NCBI GenBank assembly: GCA_039801565.1
Contig: JBDRUX010000040.1
Location: forward strand, 1 to 20,357
Source of the DNA: a candidate division WOR-3 bacterium
GTDB taxonomy: Bacteria; Hydrothermota; Tepidihabitantia; Tepidihabitantales; JAOUPE01
Direction: 5' to 3'
DNA length: 20,357 nucleotides
In this document: positions 9,866 through 16,533 of the stretch, piece by piece
How the letters are laid out: each line of letters begins with the position of its first letter
How positions within the stretch are numbered: position 1 is the stretch's first letter
Program-made: the position numbers and the translations under genes
Notes under the pieces: model-generated
Told to the model about the DNA's origin: nothing
Database searches by the model: none
Seen by the model: only the letters and a program-made list of their open reading frames with translations

Positions 9866-11416
9866 ATTAAAAATCTGAAAAAGTTTATTGTTTATTTAGA
9901 GTCTATCCCTTTACATTTTTCGTTTCTTACTGCCTTCACTTTTATTTTTTTAAGAGTCTTCTTCGAAGGTATATTAGAATCTAATCATAAAATCGGCTAT
10001 GCCGATTTTTCTTATCAATCATTTCTCCAATATTTCATTCATTTCCCGCTTTTTTATTTGAGTCTATTTTTTGTTTTAGTAATTGCCATTTCTCTTCTAA
10101 CCAAAGAAGCTATCAGAAAAGTGACACCGGTTGCCGGTGTTGGTTTAAGTTTAATAATTTTTGTGCCAATCATTGATTGGTTGGTTGGTAACGGCTATTC
10201 AATCACCTATCCGTTACGGTTAAAACCATTCTTGGTTCATTTCCTTAATCCAACAAAATCACTAACTGATATTGGTGTTTCATCCGGTCAGAGGATAATT
10301 ATCGTTATAATTGTTTTACTGATTTCGCTTTATGCTTATCTGAAAAGAAAAAAAGTGATTATTGCTTTTTCTCTTTTGATAATTTCATTTGCTCTAATTC
10401 TTCTCTTTGGCGCCTTGCCGACACTGATTGCCCTTGATAAGCCGGAGACTATTTACTTGACTGGCGGGATTCTTTTCTTTGACCAACAAAAGTTTTCAGC
10501 AATCTTTGCGCTAATATTTCTATTTTCATTTTTTGTCTATTACTATCGCTCAGACAAAGCTAATTTTCGTAGCGTAATTTGGTCTTTTCGCTATGAACGG
10601 ATGGCATTTTATAGTGGACTCGGTCTTTTCGGCTTCATTCTTGGAATGCACCAGCAATCCGCCTTAGGCGGATTAACCCCGAAAGCCAATCTCTTCAATA
10701 TTATTGGAATCATTTTACTATTATTGAGTTTGGCGATTGGTTTTCAATCGGCTCAGGTTATTAATGATTTTTTTGATATCGAAGCCGACCGCTTAACTCG
10801 AAAACGGAACCCATTGGTGCAAGGCTTGAACCGAAATTATTATTTAATCTGGGGATTATGTTTAATTTTCCTGTCCTTAACTTTTGCTCTGATAATCAAT
10901 TACTCCTGCTTTTTGCTAATGATTACTTATCTGCTATTGAGTGTAATCTATTCAGTGCCACCAGTCAGGTTAAAACGAATTCCAATTGTTTCTACCTTCA
11001 TTTTGGCAGTTGCGGCAATCTTGGCAATGGCGATGGGTTATTCGCTAACTTATGGTAATTATGCCTTAAATGCAATCCCCAAAACAATTTTAATCCCAAC
11101 CATCCTTGGTATCACTTTTGGTTTTATCGCCAAAGATATCCAGGATGCAAAAAGTGACCGAAGCATCGGTGTCATAACCATACCTAATTTGCTTTATAAA
11201 GACTCCATTGTCGGAAGATCACCAATTGCAATTCTGATTGGTGTTTCCTTTTTATGCTATATAATCTTCATTCCCAAAGTGCTGATTGGTGCTATTATTT
11301 GTTCGGTTCTCACTATCATCTACACCATTTTCAGCCGCAGACCAAAGGAATGGTTTTACTTTATTATGCTTTATAGCTTTGGAATTTATCTCTTAACTAT
11401 TCTCTTAAAAGATTGA
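9866..11416 (+). CDS. UbiA-family prenyltransferase with long N-terminal multi-TM extension; start uncertain (first canonical start is TTG 10058, but the frame is open from 9866)
   Basis: Asp-rich motifs INDFFDIEADR..KRNPL and KDIQDAKSDRSIGVITIP, plus YSVPPVRLKR; many hydrophobic segments; 64 extra stop-free hydrophobic codons upstream of 10058. Confidence 0.8.
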   Translation: MKNLKKFIVYLESIPLHFSFLTAFTFIFLRVFFEGILESNHKIGYADFSYQSFLQYFIHFPLFYLSLFFVLVIAISLLTKEAIRKVTPVAGVGLSLIIFVPIIDWLVGNGYSITYPLRLKPFLVHFLNPTKSLTDIGVSSGQRIIIVIIVLLISLYAYLKRKKVIIAFSLLIISFALILLFGALPTLIALDKPETIYLTGGILFFDQQKFSAIFALIFLFSFFVYYYRSDKANFRSVIWSFRYERMAFYSGLGLFGFILGMHQQSALGGLTPKANLFNIIGIILLLLSLAIGFQSAQVINDFFDIEADRLTRKRNPLVQGLNRNYYLIWGLCLIFLSLTFALIINYSCFLLMITYLLLSVIYSVPPVRLKRIPIVSTFILAVAAILAMAMGYSLTYGNYALNAIPKTILIPTILGITFGFIAKDIQDAKSDRSIGVITIPNLLYKDSIVGRSPIAILIGVSFLCYIIFIPKVLIGAIICSVLTIIYTIFSRRPKEWFYFIMLYSFGIYLLTILLKD

Positions 11417-11440
11417 ACTTCAATTTTGTCAAGAGTGTCC

Positions 11441-11469
11441 TTGACATTGTGTCGGTTTTTTAATATCAT
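11441..11469 (+). promoter_or_regulatory. Sigma70-type promoter TTGACA-N17-TATCAT
   Basis: TTGACA at 11441-11446, TATCAT at 11464-11469, SD GAGAGGA before ATG 11484. Confidence 0.55.
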
Positions 11470-11483
11470 TTAATAGAGAGGAT

Positions 11484-14400
11484 ATGAATGCACTTAACTC
11501 CCATTTAATGGTTTTAGCTCTTATTTCCTTTTTCGTAAATTTTTCTTGGGTTTTGGGGCAAACCGACCTCGTCTGGCATTCTGTAGGTCCGGGTGGCTGT
11601 GGTTGGTTTACGACCGTAGCGGTTGATACCTTAAATCCCGGCACCGTCTTTGTCGGTTCAGATGTTGGTGGGGTTTATAAAAGTACCGATTATGGGCAAT
11701 CCTGGCGCATCGTTAATAATGGTCTCACCGATTATTATGTTGAAAAGATTGCGATTGACCCAAGAAATTCTGGAGTTATTTATCTTGGCACTTGGGGCGG
11801 TGTTCACAAAAGCACCGATTATGGTGAGACTTGGCAGATGAAAAGAAATGGTTTCCCTAATCCAAGTCTCTATAATTATACCGCGCCGATTGGGGCTTTG
11901 GCAATTGACCAACAAAATCCAGCAATCGTCTATGCTGGAATTGGTATGCCCCGAATTGGTCATACCGATATCAGTCGCTGGCAACCGGTTCCAACCAAAG
12001 GCGCAATCTTCAAAAGTACCGATGCTGGTGAATCTTGGCGGATGATTCGCAATACCGGGATTGATACCACAGCTCTCCTCTATTCAATAGTAATTCATCC
12101 AACCAATTCTAATACTTTATACGCAGTCGCTCATCTTGGCGTCTATAAAAGCACGGATGGTGGCGAGACCTGGACATTAAAAAATAACGGATTACCAACA
12201 TTTAACGATAGTACTTTTCCCAGAGGTATTGCTATCAATCCTGCCAATCCTTCGCAATTATTTCTCACCATTTGGTCGGACACTATTCCGACTTGGCGCG
12301 GCGGAGTTTGGCAAACCAGCAACGGCGGTGAACTTTGGTCGCCTTGCACAACTGGTTTGCACCGTTCTAAATACATTGATATCGTAATCAATCCAACTGT
12401 GCTTTATACTGGTGCAGTTTATTACGGCGCAGGCGGTGTTTACAAGACTACAAACCAAGGCCAAACCTGGTCAAGGATTACGACCAGTCTCAATGTAGAA
12501 AGGGGCTGGGTGCGATTTTACGGTACGCCACAGCCTTACGGTTTGACGATGAACCAAGCTGATACCGCAATGCTCTTTTATACCTCAGCCGAGGCGGTTT
12601 GTCGAACCACCAACGCTGGTCTTAATTGGCAGCAATGCTATACTGAATCAATCGGTCCGGATGATAACTGGAAAAGCCGAGGACTTGAGGTCACCTGTAT
12701 CCGGCATATTGCTGTTGACCCAATTGATTCCAATCGGATTTATGTTGGGCTGGCTGACGGTGGAACTTGGAAAAGCACTGACCGGGGCTATTCTTTTAAA
12801 TGGATTCATGACACCCTGCAGCGATACGGCAATACTAACTTTTTTATTGCCATCCATCCTGAATCGTCTAATATCCTTTATGCTGGAACTGGTCCGTGGC
12901 ATATTGATTCGGGACTGATTTGGCGTTCGACTGATGCTGGTGAAAACTGGACTTTACTAAGCAGTGGCTTACCAATAGGCGCGATAGGTCCGATTCTCAT
13001 TGACCTAACTAACCCAAGGATTATTTACGCCTGGATTAACCGGTATGGGGTCTATAAAACAACTGATGGCGGTATGACCTGGGTTTTAAAAAATAACGGC
13101 TTGGCAATAACCCAGGGTAGCGACTCTTTTGTTCAGGCTAATCCCCAAATAATGGTTATGGACAAACAGAACCCCTTAACTCTTTATCTTTGTATTTATC
13201 AACGAGGCAAAGTTTATAAGACGACCAATGGTGGTAATTTATGGTTTCCGCTCAATCTTCCGGCAAATGGCTTAGAGCCGCGTGGAATTGCTATTGACCC
13301 TTTGAATTCTAATAAACTTTACCTCTGGACCAGAAGGTGGGACGCAAACTTAATTACTATTAACAATGTCTATCGTTCAACTGATGGTGGCACAACCTGG
13401 GAGACAAGTCCAATCTTTGAAACACGGAGTTATCAAGAACAGATTCGCACCTTTCAGGTTAGCCCATTTGATTCCAATTTAATCGTCCTTGGTATGACCA
13501 ATTATGCCTATCATGATTCAAGTACCGGTAAAGGCATCTTCATTAGCACCAATGGTGGTGCGACTTGGCAACAAGCGAATAATGGTTTGAGTTGTTGGCG
13601 AACCTACTTTTTAACTTTTGACCCGCATAATCCCAATATTATCTGGCTTGGCACAAGTGGTAATGGCGTCTTTCGCGGCGAACTCAAAAAACCACCTTCA
13701 ATCTCCGGTTGGCAGAAGAAAACGGATTTGCCAATTGGACCAAAAAATAAAAAGGTGAAGGCCGGCGGTTGTTTAGTCTTTGCTGACAGCGCAATCTATG
13801 CCTTGAAGGGAAATAATACCTTAGAATTCTATCGCTATAGTATTAAACAAAATACTTGGTCTCCTTGCTGTTGGATACCCGATGGAGTAAATAAAAAAAG
13901 GGTGAAAGAAGGTGGGTCATTGTGCTACGATTCAACCGGTATTATTTATGCTATAAAAGGTGGTAATACCTTGGAGTTCTGGGCTTATGATATAAAAAAC
14001 AATTCTTGGCTACCAAAACGGGATTTGCCTTTAGGCTCAGGTAAAAAGATAAAAGGTGGTGCCGGATTGGTTTATGCCCAAAAAGGTGATTCCAGTTTGG
14101 TCTTTTGTCTAAAAGGGAATAAGACAAGGGAATTCTATGCCTATTATGTTCAAGGCGATACCTGGTTAAAACGAAAAGAGGCGCCGCTGGGACTTTCGCA
14201 AAAAGGTTATGATAAAGGCAGTTGCCTTACCTATGATGGTGAAAATACCATCTATCTTTTGAAAGCAAAATACAACGAATTTTATGCCTATTACATTACC
14301 GGTGATTCCTGGCAAACAAAGCAACCAATGCCAATTCAAACCGCTTTGGGTAAAAAGAAGGTTAAAGATGGCGGCTCAATTACCTTTCACTCGTCAGGAA

Positions 14401-14927
14401 TAATTTATGCCTTCAAAGGTGGCAATACTCAAGAATTCTGGTCATATTCGGTTGCCTTGGACACTTGGATTTTGCCGGATACCATTCCCAAAGGGCCAAG
14501 CAATAAGAAAGTGAAGGGTGGTGGCGCTCTTTGCACTGCCAGTAATTCGATATATGCGCTAAAAGGAAATAATACCTTAGAGTTTTGGCAATATACTCTG
14601 ATGGGAATTAAACAAGCCCTTTATGTGACCAATCATCAATTAAGTCCAAAATCTCCTATCCTTTATCAAAATTACCCCAATCCGTTTAAGACTCAAACGA
14701 TTATTAAATTCTTTTTACCAAAGGAGTCTAAGGTTAATTTAAGCATTTATGATGCAACTGGCAGATTGATTAAAAACTTAATCAACGAACCAAAAGAACC
14801 AGGTGAATATATGCTTGAGTGGTGTGGCGAAGACCGTCAGGGTAAAAAGGTGAACCCTGGGGTCTATTTTTATACTCTCAAAATTGATGATAAAGTATTA
14901 AAGAAAAAGACAGTAATCTTAAAGTAA
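11484..14927 (+). CDS. Secreted BNR/Asp-box (VPS10/GH74-like) double beta-propeller protein with a Kelch-like repeat domain and FlgD/T9SS-type C-terminal domain
   Basis: Signal peptide; more than 10 [ST]-T-[DN]-x-G-x-[ST]-W Asp-boxes; GSDVGGVYKS as in the GH74 N-terminus; six repeats of about W..K...P.G...KKVK.GG.L.....IYA.KG.NT.EFW.Y; C-terminal QNYPNPF...IYDATGRLIKNL...W.G.D..G..V.PGVYFY.L. Confidence 0.85.
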   Translation: MNALNSHLMVLALISFFVNFSWVLGQTDLVWHSVGPGGCGWFTTVAVDTLNPGTVFVGSDVGGVYKSTDYGQSWRIVNNGLTDYYVEKIAIDPRNSGVIYLGTWGGVHKSTDYGETWQMKRNGFPNPSLYNYTAPIGALAIDQQNPAIVYAGIGMPRIGHTDISRWQPVPTKGAIFKSTDAGESWRMIRNTGIDTTALLYSIVIHPTNSNTLYAVAHLGVYKSTDGGETWTLKNNGLPTFNDSTFPRGIAINPANPSQLFLTIWSDTIPTWRGGVWQTSNGGELWSPCTTGLHRSKYIDIVINPTVLYTGAVYYGAGGVYKTTNQGQTWSRITTSLNVERGWVRFYGTPQPYGLTMNQADTAMLFYTSAEAVCRTTNAGLNWQQCYTESIGPDDNWKSRGLEVTCIRHIAVDPIDSNRIYVGLADGGTWKSTDRGYSFKWIHDTLQRYGNTNFFIAIHPESSNILYAGTGPWHIDSGLIWRSTDAGENWTLLSSGLPIGAIGPILIDLTNPRIIYAWINRYGVYKTTDGGMTWVLKNNGLAITQGSDSFVQANPQIMVMDKQNPLTLYLCIYQRGKVYKTTNGGNLWFPLNLPANGLEPRGIAIDPLNSNKLYLWTRRWDANLITINNVYRSTDGGTTWETSPIFETRSYQEQIRTFQVSPFDSNLIVLGMTNYAYHDSSTGKGIFISTNGGATWQQANNGLSCWRTYFLTFDPHNPNIIWLGTSGNGVFRGELKKPPSISGWQKKTDLPIGPKNKKVKAGGCLVFADSAIYALKGNNTLEFYRYSIKQNTWSPCCWIPDGVNKKRVKEGGSLCYDSTGIIYAIKGGNTLEFWAYDIKNNSWLPKRDLPLGSGKKIKGGAGLVYAQKGDSSLVFCLKGNKTREFYAYYVQGDTWLKRKEAPLGLSQKGYDKGSCLTYDGENTIYLLKAKYNEFYAYYITGDSWQTKQPMPIQTALGKKKVKDGGSITFHSSGIIYAFKGGNTQEFWSYSVALDTWILPDTIPKGPSNKKVKGGGALCTASNSIYALKGNNTLEFWQYTLMGIKQALYVTNHQLSPKSPILYQNYPNPFKTQTIIKFFLPKESKVNLSIYDATGRLIKNLINEPKEPGEYMLEWCGEDRQGKKVNPGVYFYTLKIDDKVLKKKTVILK

Positions 14928-14982
14928 ACTTTTCAATAAAATCGCCTCACCTATTGCCCAGACAAGTTTTGCGTTAGAAAAA

Positions 14983-15000
14983 GTTGAAATATATTTCAAC
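14983..15000. repeat. Perfect 18-bp palindrome GTTGAAATATATTTCAAC
   Basis: The sequence equals its own reverse complement. Confidence 0.75.
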
Positions 15001-15072
15001 CCAAAATTGACCAATTTTTTCGTCTATCTTCTTGGTCTTCCGTCGGTTACGCTAATTTTCCATTAGGGAGGG

Positions 15073-15300
15073 GGTATCGCTTAGGGGGTGACCCCGTAGG
15101 CTACCCCCTAAGCTGCCCCGTAGGTTGCTTCGGGAGTAGCCTCAGAAGCTACTTCGGGGGCTGGTTAGTAGGCAGGTTGGGGAGTGGGTTAGGAGGCAAC
15201 TTCGGAAGCGACTCGGTAGGCAACTGGGGAAGCAACCTGGGGAGCTGGTTAGGGGGCTACTCCGTAGGCAACCCGGGGAACGAGCCCGTAGGCTGGCACC
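15073..15300. repeat. GC-rich degenerate tandem array of about 19 x 12-bp units, consensus KRRGYDRSYYVG
   Basis: Gap-free phasing from 15085: ggggtgaccccg/taggctaccccc/taagctgccccg/taggttgcttcg/ggagtagcctca/gaagctacttcg/ggggctggttag/taggcaggttgg/ggagtgggttag/gaggcaacttcg/gaagcgactcgg/taggcaactggg/gaagcaacctgg/ggagctggttag/ggggctactccg/taggcaacccgg/ggaacgagcccg/taggctggcacc. Hand count gives 143/228 G+C (about 63%). Confidence 0.85.
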
Positions 15301-15502
15301 TATAATAAAATTTTCAAATCACCGGTTGGCAGGGCAATTTTTTGTTAGCTTTTAATATTAAATGCCTTAAGCGGACACAAGCCACTAACCACCAGAATCC
15401 TGATACCAGAGAAGGCTCGATTCGGCTATCCTTTAGACAACTATCTTTTCAGAGGTCGATTCGATGGCTGACACCTAAGTGTCTCATTGACTAGTACAGT
15501 TC

Positions 15503-15850
15503 TTACTCAATTGAAGTTGTGGTAATATTTAGATAGGCGAAATGAGATTTTATTCCTTTAGCATTAAATTTTCTTGTTAAGAAAAGATATTCAGGTGCAT
15601 TAAAGTTTTCAAAGCACTTAATAGAAGGATAAAACCATGCGGTCTTTGAAGATGGATAAATGAAAATGATACATTTTAGTTTTTGAAGAGCTGGTTGTAG
15701 CCATAGAATATTTTCATATTGGGTTATATTTGGTATTTTTACCTCTTGTTTATTCTTAACAAGTTCACGATATTCTTCAATTGACTTTAAGCATAAACAT
15801 AGGGGTCTGTAAATAAATTCTTTGATTTCGTCAAAACTAATTCTATTCAA
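15503..15850 (-). pseudogene. Probable C-terminal half of the upstream PD-(D/E)XK-like gene, separated by a frameshift
   Basis: The frame is open upstream of the TTG back through the A7 tract (KRFLNQILKTDILLIILLNRISF...); no SD before TTG 15850. Confidence 0.55.
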
Positions 15851-15888
15851 AAGGATAATTAATAAAATATCCGTCTTTAATATTTGAT

Positions 15889-16533
15889 TTAGGAATCTCT
15901 TTTTTTGAACAAGGCAGCCAATTGGTTGGTTTTATTGGGTGGACGTCCGCAAACTACAGAAAAAATATCGTTTATCTTAATTGTTATTTCATAATTTACT
16001 TTGTTACATTTGATAGAAAATATTTGCCGTTGGTTAAAGTTAATAAGGTTATCCTTCAAAATTTTCCTTAATTTTGCTTTAAAATTTTCTTTATCTTTCT
16101 TGCGATGAATGTCAAGAGGAGTCATAAAAAGATCACAATTTTTTAGGAGATATTGAATTTTATCGCATAGTTCTTTATCATCTTTTTGTTCATTTAGTAT
16201 TTCATACATTATTACCATCAGCGAATTAAATAAATCGCTTAAAGTCTTAACTTCAACCGTAAATCTTTTTCCATTTATTATTGCATCAAAATCAGACTTC
16301 TCAGGCGGAGTCTTCACTATCATTTCCGAAAAAAGACATTTTCCAAACTCTTCACCTAAATCGCCCAAAAAGTGAGTATCTGATTTTTCCCTTTTCTTAA
16401 TTTTACCCCCTTGTTGAAGAATGAATTCTATAGTCGATCTAAGTTCCCCCGCTGCAGATTCTTCATATAGCCCTGGATATTTATCAGTAATGAAATTTAT
16501 TATATCCTGAACTTTTTCAGAGATTGTCGGCAT
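15889..16533 (-). CDS. Hypothetical protein with PD-(D/E)XK nuclease-like motif (N-terminal part of a frameshifted gene)
   Basis: GDLGEEF...PPEKSDFDAIINGKRFTVEVKT matches the E...D...E-x-K arrangement; start overlaps the end of the R-M gene by 17 bp. Confidence 0.6.
   Translation of the reverse strand: MPTISEKVQDIINFITDKYPGLYEESAAGELRSTIEFILQQGGKIKKREKSDTHFLGDLGEEFGKCLFSEMIVKTPPEKSDFDAIINGKRFTVEVKTLSDLFNSLMVIMYEILNEQKDDKELCDKIQYLLKNCDLFMTPLDIHRKKDKENFKAKLRKILKDNLINFNQRQIFSIKCNKVNYEITIKINDIFSVVCGRPPNKTNQLAALFKKRDS

Noticed and set aside
15063..15256. TTAGGG telomere-like hexamers and G-runs in the array
   Set aside because: Only three scattered TTAGGG copies, explained by the 12-bp consensus. 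G-quadruplex potential cannot be judged by eye.
14983..15300. CRISPR array (the palindrome ends resemble GTTTCAAT/ATTGAAAC repeat ends)
   Set aside because: No repeated 25-40 bp unit with unique spacers, and no cas genes in the window.
15470..15483. Hairpin GACAC-CTAA-GTGTC as terminator of the R-M operon
   Set aside because: Only a 5-bp stem and no U-tract on the minus strand.
15899..15906. dnaX-type A_AAA_AAG programmed -1 ribosomal frameshift
   Set aside because: The heptamer is not in the required phase (the zero frame is TTC AAA AAA AGA), so DNA/RNA slippage or an error is more likely.
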